From Chara braunii (taxonomy: Eukaryota > Plantae > Charophyceae): 64,000 nucleotides of DNA. The stretch is taken from contig BFEA01000031.1 of the NCBI GenBank assembly GCA_003427395.1, positions 2,400,737 to 2,464,736 of the forward strand, given 5' to 3'. A program made the translations under genes and the position numbers. The notes beneath the pieces are model-generated. The model searched no databases, was not told the origin of the DNA, and saw only the letters and a list, made by a program, of their open reading frames with translations. Positions 34,068 through 48,800 of this stretch are shown in pieces. Each line of letters begins with the position of its first letter. Positions within the stretch are counted from its first letter, which is position 1.

Positions 34068-37000
34068 GAAGCAGATCGGAGAGGGGGAGAGTCGGGCACT
34101 TACTGGAGTTGAGTTGCAGCGGTTCAGACTGCTAAGTCCCGAACTTTTTCAATTGTATATTATTGTTTTTGAGTGGAACTTCAAATGGGCACTGTTCATG
34201 GCCATAGCTCAAGCTTGTGTGGGCTCTATCTAAATGCTCTCAGACTGCATGTTGTATTTTGAGTTGGATTTTGCGAGGTTCATTGCAATAGCATGGACAG
34301 AGAAGATCATATGGTGGTATTATGGGTTTTCCAGATAAGGAAATATTATTACATCAAAAGAATTGTGGATGCTATGAACGGAAGATCTCAAGGAACTGGT
34401 CAGCATTACAGCAAGCATCCAACAGAAGGGAAAAAAAAAAAAAAAAAAAAAAAAAAAACGTATACCATTTGTACGCGTTGTGTGCAAACTGAGAAATGGA
34501 TGAGAGTCGCAACGTGCTGGGGTAAAGAAGAGGTGAAAGCTTTGCGAGGAAATGCGGTTAAAACTTAAAAGCTAACATTGCGGCAAGTCTATGGGTCGTA
34601 GACTCAGGGTGGGGCCAAATTGTAAGGGTGCTAAGAGCAAAAGCCTGTCTTTGGGCCTTGTAACTGGTAGGGAAAAGTCCTTACCTTGTTCGACCTGGGG
34701 TCAGTGGTCAAATTGAGGTGCCCAGGGGGCCTCTAGAGGTCAAAGTAGACCCTAGGAAAGTCAACGTTCAGGCCCTACCCAGGCACAGAAGTCAAACAGT
34801 CAAAGATTTTTCTCCAGGACTCCACGGCGGCCACAGGTCACAGACAATCGGAAGACAAAGACACCGTTTCCAGAAGCTTTCAGGGCCTACTGGATCAAGG
34901 CACATACTGGCCGTGACAAAATCGGGGCCGCACAGATTGAGAAAGAAATATCAGCCATCCGAGGAGGCGCCCTGAGCCAGAGAAGACCAAGTCAGCACTA
35001 TGGAAACTGGCCTGTCCCAGCTCGTTCATTCATTCTGCACTGCACTTGCTGGAGGCTGAAATGCTGCCTAGGACTAGTGCCTTCCCCCCAACCGAACGCA
35101 TATGCGTTGTAAACGAATACAATGCACAGGTTGCTTTCTATTCGAATACAACACATACCTGTTGTATTCGAACAGCCCTGCTATTCGAATAAAAAGCATG
35201 TGCGTTCTATTCAAATTTTCCATTGTTTTTGAAAACTCAAATACAATGCATATGCGTTATGTTCGGGGGAAGACGGTAGCGCCGCACACAGAGTGAAAGT
35301 GACAGCAGCCAAAGCCAGAGCAGGAGGTGCAATGGCACTGTAGCTTATCGTGACAGAGTGAGGCTTGAGAGAGGGTGAGAGTGAGGTTTTGAAGGAGAGA
35401 CCACATCCTGTGGTGACAGAGGAGAGAGGCTTGCCTGGACTTCGCCTGTTCATGTGCCACCATGAGAAGCGGAACAGTGCTGTTGCTTCCAAAGGCTGGC
35501 CTTGCATTGCCGGGGGTGTTATTCTTCATTGGGACTGAGTTATACTGCATTGGGGAGTGTGACATTGCATATTGGGAGGTGTTGGGAAGGGAGGCGCTGG
35601 CTTCATCATTGGTAGAGGGCTAGGATGACGATTAAGCTGGTGTGACGATATTACAGAGGAGTGCCTAGACGTCAAAGGCGGAAGGAGAGGCAACACATCG
35701 TATCAATTGACTTTTAGTTTATCCACCTCCTTAGTCCTCCTACTATTTCTCTTCCACTGTGTTGACTCTGGTAAACTTTGCTACCCCTTGGCCGCTTTGC
35801 GATCGACATTCATTGCGCATTCTCGGTTCCGTGCTCATTGAGCATTCTTGGTTCCATGCACGAAATTGGCGGTATGAACTTCTTGGAGTTGGGTTCATTT
35901 CAGCTTTTTCTAGAAACAGAAATCCAGTGTCCTAGGGGCGGCGGGGGGAGCGAGAGAAGGCCCATCTGGCTATGGGCACGATTATGGAGAGGGAGGTCTA
36001 AAGCCTTGAGATGAAGCCCTTACAATCGTGGGAGGTCCAGCGCCTTGGGATATTGATGGAGTGAAGAACAAGCGCCTGTGTGCACCACTTGAAGTCCCGA
36101 TTGGCGTAGATGATGGTCCTGGTGTGGTCGCTCCTTCCCCGCGGTTGCATAGTCTCCAAGATGCCGCTTGGCCGTTTCCCAACGGAACCCTCTCCTCCCT
36201 CCCTGGAGTTCTGCTGCTATCCCAAGCATTAGGATTACCACTCTCCTGGCCGATGCCGTCCACGGCAACAACTGCCAACTCTCGTGATCTACGGTGCTGG
36301 TCCCCATTTGGTGATTGTGACGCGCTCAAAAATGAACCTGTCATTGCAAACTGCTCATGATTATCAACTCTCAGTGGTGTACACAACAGTCCCTCCTCAT
36401 CACCGCTGTGTCCAGAACTCTCTGAAAGGGAAATCCAACCCGAATCACCATCCTCCTGAAAGCTGCTGGGCTCTGAGAATCCTCTGTCGACCTGGTTTCG
36501 AGCATGCATAAGCTGTGAGCCTGTAGCATCCAGGTTGGCGTCCCCCTCCACCTCTTGCATGCTGGGAACACTCTCTTGGTTTAGCAGAGTGGGGCCCGAT
36601 CCCGCAGAAAGGCTTCGCATGTCTGCTGTCAACTGCACGGAATCAGGCATGTCAACTCCATTGTCTTCTGCCTCAGGTGCTGCCTGTGTAATGATTGCAG
36701 CGGATAATGCACACCCATCGCCAGAGAACATCAACATGAACAAGCAAGGCACCAGACCCAAACTAGTCAGGGAACAATTAAAGGTGAAAATGGCATGCAA
36801 AGAACTTGAAGAAAATGAAGAATTTTCTAGATCCGCTACACTGATCACTCTCATCTGCAGGGCCTCCATACAGCAACTCTCCCCTCGTTTTTCTCCTGCC
36901 CTCCCCTCCCCTCCCCTCCCCTCCCCTGGACTGCAACTCCCCCATTAGTCCTTCCGACGGCCCTCNNNNNNNNNNNNNNNNNNNNNNNNNNNNNNNNNNN

Positions 37001-37543
37001 NNNNNNNNNNNNNNNNNNNNNNNNNNNNNNNNNNNNNNNNNNNNNNNNNNNNNNNNNNNNNNNNNNNNNNNNNNNNNNNNNNNNNNNNNNNNNNNNNNNN
37101 NNNNNNNNNNNNNNNNNNNNNNNNNNNNNNNNNNNNNNNNNNNNNNNNNNNNNNNNNNNNNNNNNNNNNNNNNNNNNNNNNNNNNNNNNNNNNNNNNNNN
37201 NNNNNNNNNNNNNNNNNNNNNNNNNNNNNNNNNNNNNNNNNNNNNNNNNNNNNNNNNNNNNNNNNNNNNNNNNNNNNNNNNNNNNNNNNNNNNNNNNNNN
37301 NNNNNNNNNNNNNNNNNNNNNNNNNNNNNNNNNNNNNNNNNNNNNNNNNNNNNNNNNNNNNNNNNNNNNNNNNNNNNNNNNNNNNNNNNNNNNNNNNNNN
37401 NNNNNNNNNNNNNNNNNNNNNNNNNNNNNNNNNNNNNNNNNNNNNNNNNNNNNNNNNNNNNNNNNNNNNNNNNNNNNNNNNNNNNNNNNNNNNNNNNNNN
37501 NNNNNNNNNNNNNNNNNNNNNNNNNNNNNNNNNNNNNNNNNNN

Positions 37544-37635
<92 letters not shown>

Positions 37636-39729
37636 CCTTTCCCACCTCCTGGCCCCAGACACACACAGTATGCACCTCTCTGACATTCCTCATCCTTAAC
37701 AGTCCCCCTTCATCCCCCTGTGTGTGTGTATAACATCTTGAGACCCTCCTTGACACATTCCTCCCCTCCCTGCTGCTGTGTTTGTATGCAAAGCATTTTT
37801 GGAAATTGGTAACTTCTTACTTCCCTTTCCCCTCTCATAACTACATCATTTCCTAACTACTCTCTTCATGCTGACAAATAACTTTCTTCGGTGAGCAACC
37901 AAGATTTGATACTGTGTTTGACTTTAATCTGTCGTGGTCACAAACTACTTACATGGAGAAGGTCGTTTCGATGATTCTAAAGGGTGCTTGCAGTTAGTAG
38001 TTCCCTACCTTGTATTGAGCTGTTGTCCCAAGACCAGAGCCAGCGGCCTGTGCCAGGCTTATGACACAATCATACAGCTGCTCAGCATCAGCAACTAATT
38101 GATTCGCCACCATACCCAATTCTCTTTCTCCATGCCTCACAGTCACCACCAGTTTCTCCTGCAGTGCAGCATGGGCATCAGAAGATCCAGGCAAAAGCCT
38201 TTCAATCGGCGTGATAGCACTAGAAGCCATTAGCCCGTCTCCGGCCATTGATTTTGAAGTTGACGAAGCAGGTAGCACCGTGGAGAGAGCAGTTGGCAGC
38301 CTGTGGCGGTTACCTGTCCCCACAGTGCTGGTAAGCATTTGCTCCAATGGCACGACAATGTGGCCCACCTGCACACATAAAGTACATCCAGAGAATGCTG
38401 CTTCTATTCAGTTTTCCTCAAAACACCTCATATGAGTTACGAACTGTCCCCACAGCGCTGGGAAGTATTTGCTCCAACGGCACAACAATGTGGCCCAACT
38501 GCACACATATAGTATATCGATAGAACGCTGCTGCTATACAGTTTTCCTCAAAAGCACCTCATCAGTCAAGACCATAGATGCGGCGCATCACGTGCACGCA
38601 CGTTGCGCACGTGTGCGCACGCACACACGTGCTCTCGCGCGTGATGCGGTGCAATTATAATGGGATAAAACAAACATTACGAAGGGCAGACTGTGGTAAC
38701 TTATCCAGCGGCCTAACTCAGTTGGTAAGGCTCGCAATTGGCATTCAGGAGGTCGTGGGTTCAATCCCCATTGGCCTCATGTACCTTCCTGGTCATGCTT
38801 CGCGCCCGCCACCTAGAGATAAACCACTGTCTCCCCCGATCGGCATTGAGCAGGGGAGGGGACCTGAGGGGAGGCACAGGGATTGGTCCTGTTGGCATGG
38901 TCCCTGATGCTACCAGCTGTCCCCTGCCCGGTATCGCCCACCTGCAGGTCGGGAGCAGCCCGCGCATGTTCTCTTGTGAGCACGGTTCTGGCTCCTACGG
39001 GGTTCCCCGTATGACTATAATTAGGAGTAGTGGTAGGTAGGAAGTGTGAGGTGAAATTGAGAGAAGAATGTAGCTTACTTTAAAAAAAATAAAAATGTGT
39101 GCCTCACTGCCTCCCTTTTAAAAATTGTTAAGTGCACAGAAACAATATAATTTGGGGCCACATCGTACTCCTCGTTGGATCTAGCCTCTTTTCCAAAGGG
39201 TCCCCCGCAAAGGATTAGCAGGGAACCCATGCATTTGGAAAGACGTTCGTCAAAATGCTGGAGGAACACGAGCAGGCCAGCAGTATATTCTGGATTCGGA
39301 TTCAGGTCTGTGTTCCAAGCGGTGTGGGTTACGAACTTACTACAAACACTGCAGTAGCTGTCTCGTTTTTTTTTTTGTTTTTCCTTTTCTTACGTGCAGT
39401 GGCCCTAAGGACCTTGCTCCACTCATCAGCACTTGTACAAAGGAAAACATATGGCTTGAATGCTTCCAGTTTCAAAAAGAAGATTCATTCTAGTTTTGCA
39501 CATTTGGTGCGAAGTGGAGTGAAGCCCTGAAAATCACATGCTGAGTTAGCAAGTCACTAACCCATAACTGCTGAAACACGGACCTGAATTCCAAGCTACA
39601 CCATATATAGCTGGCCTGCTCCCTCCTTGCTATGAGTCCAGCAACTACCCTTTCCCTACCCACGGGACCCTTGTCAATTTTTGGCAGGGAACTTTTGAAT
39701 ACCCGGCGGGGTTGTCTGAATAATGCGTA

Positions 39730-39805
<76 letters not shown>

Positions 39806-42800
39806 AGCGTGTATACAGTACTATACACACATCACTCTTTTTTTTTCCTTTTTTTTGCGCATCTGCGATCAGCGCACCGCGCAGCGCTCACCGCACCTCA
39901 CGTATGCGCCGCAAGTCAAGACCTGTATTTCCAAAAGGGGTTGGACTGTATAGGTTTGAACTTTGAACTTTGGAACTCATTTTTAGTATTTTTTTACCAA
40001 ATGTTATCCTCTTGCTCTCTTGAATCTTGATCATATATAAAAAAAAGAAGAAGAAGAAGACTGAAGAAGTTACCCTCTGTATTTGTTGCAACTCAAGTTG
40101 ACCAGTAGGACTGTTGCAATGAACATTCCAATATTTCACTCCAACATAGAGCACATGACACTCAATGTATGAAGACCAGAGTTCGAACCCAGATGGGACT
40201 AGATGAACGAAAAGTTGAAAACTCAATAATTCTGGATTACCCAGGACCGGTTTATGAGAATGAAGTACATTACAATAAACAAACTCATCAGCGGTACTGA
40301 GTCATACACTCGACAGAGCAATACACTCGATAGCAACAATGAGTCGTCACACTCGGTCCAGAAAACACAGATTGACACGAAGTTCGGTTCTTCCAACCTC
40401 ATCAATTCACCAACCCGGTTCCCACCGAACACGACCACAACCCGCCTCGGTCCCTTTGGCTGACGCCGTAAAGACCGGGAACCGAAAGAGACCAACTTCT
40501 ACGTCAATCGTTGCTTTAATACCTGTATTAGAGCCTAAGCTCCTACGTGGGCGACTGGTACAAAACAACGGAGTAGTTCGGTTACCGTCAAACGTGGGAA
40601 CCCACTACACAGGCCAAAACAAAACCCTAACCAAGGGGTAAGTGCCAGGCCGGGCCAGGGCCTGGTCGTCCCAAAATTCACACGAGCCGAAACCCAATCA
40701 AAATCACACCTACCTACATGACCCGAGGCTCAAGGGGTCAAAAATGCAACCATAACGAAAACACAAACACAGACTACACCAAATCAAACCTATCTGCAAA
40801 CACGCACGTCTACCAACGCGGATGGGTCAAAAAATGGTACACACTGGCGCTACTATCTCGGACCCCAAAAAAAAACACACAGACGACCCAAATCGAACCT
40901 ATCTGAAAGCGCACAGGTCTAAACAATGCGGATAGGCCAATCAATAGTACACAACGGCACTACTGTCCCTGTCACGATCTTCATTGCGCCTACCCCGAGA
41001 CATACTCAATAGCCAGCTTCCACGGTTCATCCTTGCCGTGGGCAAACCTCTTCAACACCCGCATAAAGAAATCAGACGGGAAATCCTTCACCCGTAGCTC
41101 GCGCTTTAAGGAGATGACCCTGCGCGGGATTTCGTGTCTGATTGTCGTATTTTGATCAATAAGATGCAGATAGCTGGCTATCACTGCGCTCTTTTGCAAT
41201 TTACTGCCCCATGAAAGATAGGATTGTCCATCTTTTGCAATTTACTTACCCGGGACCGGTCCGAGTTTGATATAGAGCAGATGAAATAGGCTACCAGCCA
41301 GGCCGCCCGGGTCACCCTATTTTCCCGGGCGGCCCGGCCGCGCAAGGACCAGGGAAGGTCCCAGCCAAAAAAAAAAAAAAAAAAAATCCGAAAAAAAAAA
41401 AAAATGGTCCAAACTCCAAATTAAACAAAAAAAAAAAATGATTACTTCCTACCAATGATGACAAACAGAGGTGTTGTTCCAAAAATACGAGGAGCCATGG
41501 GCCCGTGGCCACCAACGGGCCTAGCTCAGTTGGTACACCTGTGAACTGCTGAATGACAGACCAGAGGACCAGAGTTCAAATGCAGATGGAACTGGATGAA
41601 CCAAACTCGATAATTCTGAATTACCTCAGGCCGGTCAGTTCGATCGACGATTGCATCTCACGACCATCGCCCTTTGAAAAAAAAAAAAAAAAAAAAAAAA
41701 CTGAGTGTCTGGACTCCGGATGCACTGAGCAGCCACTTGTACGTGAAAAAACAAAAAACAAATCTCGGATATGTCCACATGTGTGTCAGGCTGCACCGAG
41801 CAGCCTACGACAAACGGCACTCAAAACCGTGCGGTATAGGGCCAGAACACGCTGGCTATAACTGTGAACAGACTCCCTTCTTCAGCTGGCTGAAATAACG
41901 CTGCTCCTCCTCGCTCCACAAAATTCACTCATCAAATTGTTTACCAACAAACGATTGGCTGATCGATCACTAACACTTGGAACAGCAGGGCCGTGCCCTC
42001 CCTTGGTGCTGGGCTTCCAAGCAAGGAAGAGAGCAGAGACAATAGAACACATCTTTCTGCGATGCCCGACAGCAGTCCTTACCTGGAGATGGTGGGATAG
42101 GGTGTGGCAGCAAATAGTTCCGGATCATCGGTGGCTGTGGGAGTGGCGAGCCATTCTCACGGGCCATTGCCCGCCTCTCCAAGGGGACATTTTTGCCTGG
42201 AACATGTTCCACCTGGGCCGAAGAACGCTCCTGTGGGTTCTATGGTGGCAACGCTGGCTCTAGTCTTAGACCAAGTTCGAGTCGAGGGAGAGGAGAGGAT
42301 CGAACAATTTAAACAGCACATTCAACTGGAACTTACGTACAGATGGAAGTCAGTCAAGCTCGCTCTTGATACTCTTCACAGGCCAAAGAACATCGCGGAG
42401 AGGCTAGTGCAGTTCTCTAGGGAGTGGCTGTGAGAGGATCGAGAGGGGTGGGTAGCAGAGGTGTGCTGGTCAGGGGATTGGAATGGAAGTGAGGATGGGG
42501 AGAAGGACAGGGAAGGGAGGCAGTGCCACGGGATTATCGATTGAGGTTTAAAGATTGGCTGACCATTGACTCCAGTGTCCCCTTGAGACCAAAAAAGGAT
42601 TTCCCAGATCCGTCCCTTCCCCACCCACAGTCCCTGGAAATACGACTGTTGTGACAAACCTTCGTCGTCGGCGAAAAGGCAGAGAATGGACCCAAAATCT
42701 GGTGATAGCAGCACCACTCCCTCAAGCTTGTAGATTTGTGAATTTCCATTTTCGTCTTTAGGAAGGGGCAACAAGCATGGGCTATGCCCACAGGATAAGG

Positions 42801-45800
42801 TAGACGGTGAGAGAAATGGGCAAGGAGATGCAGGGCTCCACTGGTGCCCCCCAGTGGCCCCATGGTGCCTCCAGGCCAGGATAACAGGGTTAGCCTTCTT
42901 GACCAGAGTTTTTCACAAGAAAGAAGGCTAGAAAGGGTGGGTGGATACAGACGGAGAGCCCTTCCACAACCTGCTCAGTCAATCCTCTGGAATCCAGAGT
43001 AATCAATGCTGGCAGGCGTTTTCCACAAATTTCCAGTCTCGTTTTTTTCAGATGCTTTCGAATGTTTCTGTATTATTTCTGCATAAGGGACGCTCGACCC
43101 GTTTTCCAGCAGGTGATGCTCCCCACCAATAGATGGAGCCTCTCCCCAGGTGCTAGTGGTGGCTGCTCTTATCAGTACCGCTAGCACTGAAGGGGGTGTT
43201 TAAAAACAAAAAAAAAACAAAAACAAAACAAAAAAAAATAAAATCCTACCCCTAGCGCGTCACTTTTCTAGTGCCAAATTGCCCAGGCCTACAAGGTCTT
43301 ACCCGGCTCTACCCTAGAAAGTTCTACGTTTCTAGGTCCTATAGGGTCCTGTGTCCAAGAGCAGCTCACCGTACTACCACTTGGACGTCCCAGGTTCGAG
43401 TCCTTTTTTTTTTTTTTGGTCCCAGGTTCGAATCTGACTGGCAGCAAACTATAAAAACATTAAAAAAAAGAATAACTGATAATGTCGTTCGGGACATCCT
43501 TTAGAATTGGAATGATACAGAGAAGATTAGCATGGCCCCTGCGCAAGGATGACACGCACAAATCCAGAAATGGCCCAAATTAAAAAAAAAGAAAAAAAGA
43601 AAACTGATAATACTTCCTGCTCACTTGGGTCAGGTCTTGGGTTCAAATCCCGACCATGCCCAACAAAAATTATTATAACATAATAAAGGTTTGAAAGTTG
43701 AAACAACAAACAAAGCAGTTCAATCCTTGAAAACCGATTGCCCAGCCAGGCAACTAATCACACGAGCTTTTAAGCACACGCTGGATCAGCAACGGAGGGT
43801 GTGGGTGTGAAGATGGAGACAATCATCGACTTCACACAGGTCTACAGTGTTCAGGAGATCGATGTTAACAGCTGATAACTCTCCAGAAGCCAAAGAACAA
43901 AAAGAAGAAAGAAAGAGAAATACAAATTAGAGGTTCCCCTTCACCTTATGAAGGCTCCCTTCCAGTCGGGAGTGCAGCTCCATAGCCTCTCTGGCAAAAG
44001 TATTGATTTCAGCCACATCGTCCCCACCCTCAGTTATAAGCAAAACCTGCACAGAGAAACCGGGTGACTTAGAGAAAAAAACAGTAGAATTTCCATAACC
44101 CTCTGTTTTCTGCAGTACTGGTTCACAAAACAAAGCAGGCAGATCTTCACACGCCGTGCTTATAATCAACACCACTTTTTCACGTAGATTTCACAGAATT
44201 TTCACCCATTCATACACCCACTCTCTGAACACACATGCACTCCCCCCCCTCCTCTCCCCACATGCACACACCCACACCCACACCCACACATGCACACCCA
44301 CACACACCCACATACCCACACACCCACACCCACATCCACCCACCCACACACACACACACACACACATCCCTATCGACAAACACAAACAGTCCATGTTCCG
44401 CAGGGATACTTCCATCTTCCATTCTTAATCTCTTTCCATGTTTCCTAACTCATGCATGAAGGATAGCTATTAGACCTGAGGACCAGCAACAAAATGCCTT
44501 TCAGACCAGGTACAGTCTCTACGAGTTTGTGGTGATGCCCTTTGGCCTATGCAAAGCTCCTGGGACGTTCCAACACGCAATGAACCGGATCTTTCATGAC
44601 AACTTAGACAAGTTTATCGTCGTGCACCTCGACGATATCCTTATCTTTAGTAGGACTGTAGAGGAGCACGCTGAGCACGTGAAAACAGTGCTAGGGCTCC
44701 TAAGACAGCAACAGTATGGTAAACTTGGCGAAATGCGAATTTGGCCGCACCAAGATCTTGTATCTGGGTCATGAGATTTCGGAAGATGGATTGAGGCCGG
44801 ATGATGCCAAAGTGGCCAGCATACACGACTGGCCCAGACCTCAGTCTGGGTCTGAGGTGAGGTCATTCTTGGGGATGACAAGCTACTACTGCCCGTTTGT
44901 TAAGAATTATAGTACCGTAGCCGCCCCTCTAACTGACCTCACGCGCTTTGACACCCCATGGGAGTGGACCGAAGAGTGTGAGGCAGCCTTCAAGAGATTG
45001 AAGTATGCCCTCAAACGTCCGGATCCTGAACAGCCCTTTGTTGTGACCACAGACGCAGCCAATACGGCATAGGTGCAGTCCTTGCGCAGAAGGAGGGGGA
45101 AACGTTGAGGCCGATCGAGTACATGAGCAAAAAAATGCCATCTCAGAAGTTAGCTAAGTCCACGTATGAGCCTGAGCTTTATGCTCTCTACAGCGTGCTG
45201 TCCATTGGAGGCACTACCTCCTAGGCAGATTCTTTAATGTGAGATCTGATCATGAGATGCTGCGCTGGATTAAGACACAGCCTGTGCTCTCCGACGCACT
45301 TGAGAGGTGGATTGAAGTCACAGATATGTATGACTTCAAGCTCGACCCTCTGAAGGGAGAGTGTAACAAAGTGGCTGATGCACTATCGCGTAGGGCAGAC
45401 TATCTGGGAGCGCTGGGGACTGAGTTTGGGATTTCTGATAGTGTAACTCGATCTATGGTGGAAGCCTATGAAGAAGACACAATCATGTCTGAGATCATCC
45501 GCAAACTGGAAGCTAAAGACAAAGCTACTGCTGATGAGTTTGGGGTGATTGAAGGCTTGTTGTTCCTTGAGAAGGCAGGGAATAAACGCTTGTGTTCCGA
45601 ACACGGAGTCTTTGCGTAGTTTATTTTTAGGTAAATGCCACAATGCAAACCGTACATTTCGGTTATAAAAAGACAGCAGCAAATTTAGTGCAGCGATTTC
45701 GGTGGCCCACAATAATGGATGATGCGAAGAAATATGTAGAGACTTGTCAAGTTTGTCAACGGGACAAGCCTTGGACTTAGGCACCGCTTGGGCTTACTGA

Positions 45801-48800
45801 GCCCTTGCCTACACCTGCTGGTCCTGGTCAGAGTGTCTCAATGAATTTCATGGATACTCTTGTGACCAGCAAAAGCGGTAAACGTCACATCTTTGTCATT
45901 GTGGACAGGTTCACCAAGTATGCTAGACTAATCGCTATGCGTGAGACAACTAGGACTGACCACGTCATCAAGCTATTCATGGACAACTGGGTACGAGACT
46001 TCAGTCTCCCTAAGTCTTTTGTGAGCGACAGGGATGTCAGATTCACTAGCGAACTGTGGCAAAGTACAGCCCAACAGATGGGCACCCGACTGCAAATGAC
46101 ATCAGGGAACCACCCTGAGTCAAATGGGCAGGCCGCGCAGATGAGCCAGGTAGTGCAGCACTTGCTCTGGCATTATATTAAGCCAAGTCAAGATGACAGG
46201 GATGAGAAGTTACCTCTCACCGCCAGCCTGTACAACAATGCTGTGCACAACACTACCGGTAAGACCCCCAACCAGCTGCATCTTGGTTGGAAGCCAATAT
46301 CTGCTCTCGACTTCCTGTTGCCTGAAAACCAGCCAACCACAGCACCTGGTAGCATAGAGTTTGCTGTCAATGACGAACAGATGCTGCAGCAGGCTGTATA
46401 GCACATAAACAAAAGCTCAAGATGTCATGGTTGCATCGGAGAACAGACACAGACGACTATCTGCATTTCAGGTAGGTGAACGAGTCTGCGTAAAGTCATC
46501 TGAGTTGGGACAGAGTTGGGAATCTCACGCAAACTGATGCCACAGTACTTTGGACCCTGGGAAATTCTGGACATAGTAGCAGATCAACCCGATGGTCCAT
46601 CATATGTTATATGCATTCCTGGACACCTTCGTACACACCCTGTTTTCCATGCATCTCAGTTGGCACCCTTCCCTGAAACTGACAGTTTCCCTCAAGAAGA
46701 TCAATGCTGCCCCCAACCATGGACGGACATGCGGACATTGACGATATCGTCGAGCACAAGCTGATGCCTGTGCCCAAGCCTCCAGGCAGGGGATGCCCTC
46801 CGAAACCGCAGATGCAGTATCGAGTGCGGTTCCAACATCATACTGATCCTAAAGAAGATCGGTGGTTCACAAGAGGAGTTAATGAAGACTGCTCCCCAAA
46901 TTATCTCAAGTTATGAATGAAATTTGAAACGGAAGCAGCCTGCTGTGTAACGACTTCTCAGAGGACTATTGAAGTAAAGGAGGAGTGAGTGCGAGGGTTT
47001 ACCCCTCGGTTAGGGCCTTGCAGCAGGCGCGTGCCCGCCCTAAGTGAAGGCGGGCCCCCTGAATCTCAATGTGCCCTGAGTTCGTCAAATTTTGCAAATC
47101 TTGGTGGGCGCCAGACAGTTGCCACGCGCCAGTTGGTTACATCCACCTTGCTCGTGAGAATCCAAAATATTTGAGACAGCCTTCAAGGCTCTTCCAGCAA
47201 CGTGGTCTAAGCAGAGAGCACCGCATGTTTGTTCCTGGGCGGTTGGGCAAGCCTAACCAATTCGGTCCCAGGCCACTGTCTGGACGGGCCGAGGCGCAGA
47301 CACTTTGGCCGAGACTGAAGCTACTGGAAACTCGGTCTCACGTGGGAAGCAAGTGGAAAGCGCCCGCCAACTTTCCATATAGGAAAGGGCTGGGCTCCAG
47401 ACGAGACATTCAGGCACTTGCAATTGCGGGCGGCAGCGCTGCTGGAGCGATCGCTCGCGGGCTGCTTGCTGCGCTAGCGCTGGTGCTGCGTGCACACATG
47501 GACATGCAGGGTGCAGGGCGCTGCTGAGGGCAGCGCCATAGCCAGCCCCCATAGCCGGGCTTGGCTTGGATATAGCCAGTGGAGGTGGTGGTGGTCTTCA
47601 TGTTTGAGGGGGAAGAAGTGGGTGAGAAAGTCGAGGGTGAGAGAGAGAGAAAGAGATGAGGTTGATGATGTGAGGGCAAGTACCTGGTCTTGGCGATGGT
47701 CTATAATGGTCGACATCTTCACGTAATTCAGTTCTGCTGCTGACGTCAACTGGATGCATTGTCAATTCGTAGGCTGCTAGTAGGCTGTGTGACAGTAGTC
47801 TGGGCGCTGAGCGCCAAGTAGGAGGAAGGACTCTGGATACATATGTTGGTGGTGGCGAGAGTATGCTCTCATTGACATTCGAGTTCAGTGCTTTGGTTCT
47901 CCGTTGGTGGAATATCAGTGCATTTCTGCTTTCTGGACAGCGTTGGACTCGCTGGCTTTCAATGTGATTTTGCATTCAGGATTTCTGTCATATCGCTATC
48001 TCTCATTTTCCTTGCACAAAGATCTGATTCATTTTCTTCTCACTGGCAATTGGGAGCAGGAGCTTGAGAGGAGAGCGGAATTGTTTTATCAGCATTGCAC
48101 ACCTTCAGTTCTTCTTTCTCTTCTTCCTCCTCCCTTCAAATTATAATTGAGCGGGGAGGCATTCTCTCTGCGGAAAGTGCCCGGAGTGCGTCAAGCATGT
48201 GCTCTATGTACACGATTGATGCTTCCCCTGCGCTTTTCTTTGCACCTCTCCCCCGTAGCATTGACCTTGGCACTCCAGTGTGCCCGGACTTTGACTGGAC
48301 ATGCGACACTAGCCTCCCCCGACCCCCTCACTTGTGCCAATAGCACGCCGTCATCCCCCTCAATAGCTCCCCTCCACTGCCCCTTTTACTGTGAAAGCAT
48401 ATTTCACGCCCCTCTCATCCCTTCCTCCAGACTTCGTTTCCACAGCATATTGCAATGCCCCTTCAAACTCTCCATCATTCCCCTTTTAAGAGGATACCAA
48501 CTGCAAAACCCCTCATTGTGGCTTGATATTCTCCTCATTCACATGCCATAATGTGCAACCCATTACATCTCCTCCTTCCTCCCAAACCCTTCCCTTCCTG
48601 AGATAATATATCGTGACCGCCCCTTCTTACGGGGATAGCGTACTGAAAAACCGCTCGTAACCCCTTGATATTCTCCTTCTTGCCTCCTCATCGACATAGC
48701 ATAATGCAAATCTCAGTCTCCTCCTCCTCATCCTCCCTCCATTTGCTGAGATAATACATTGTGACATCCCCCTCCTCCTTCCCCTCCCCCTCCATGGATA

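Noticed and set aside
38708-38780. Functional tRNA gene (also 41517 and 54453)
   Set aside because: Acceptor and anticodon stems are imperfect, and each runs into a SINE body and poly(A).
40280-40295. CTGATGAG on the - strand downstream of the PLE fragment
   Set aside because: No matching GAAA and stem II follow it.
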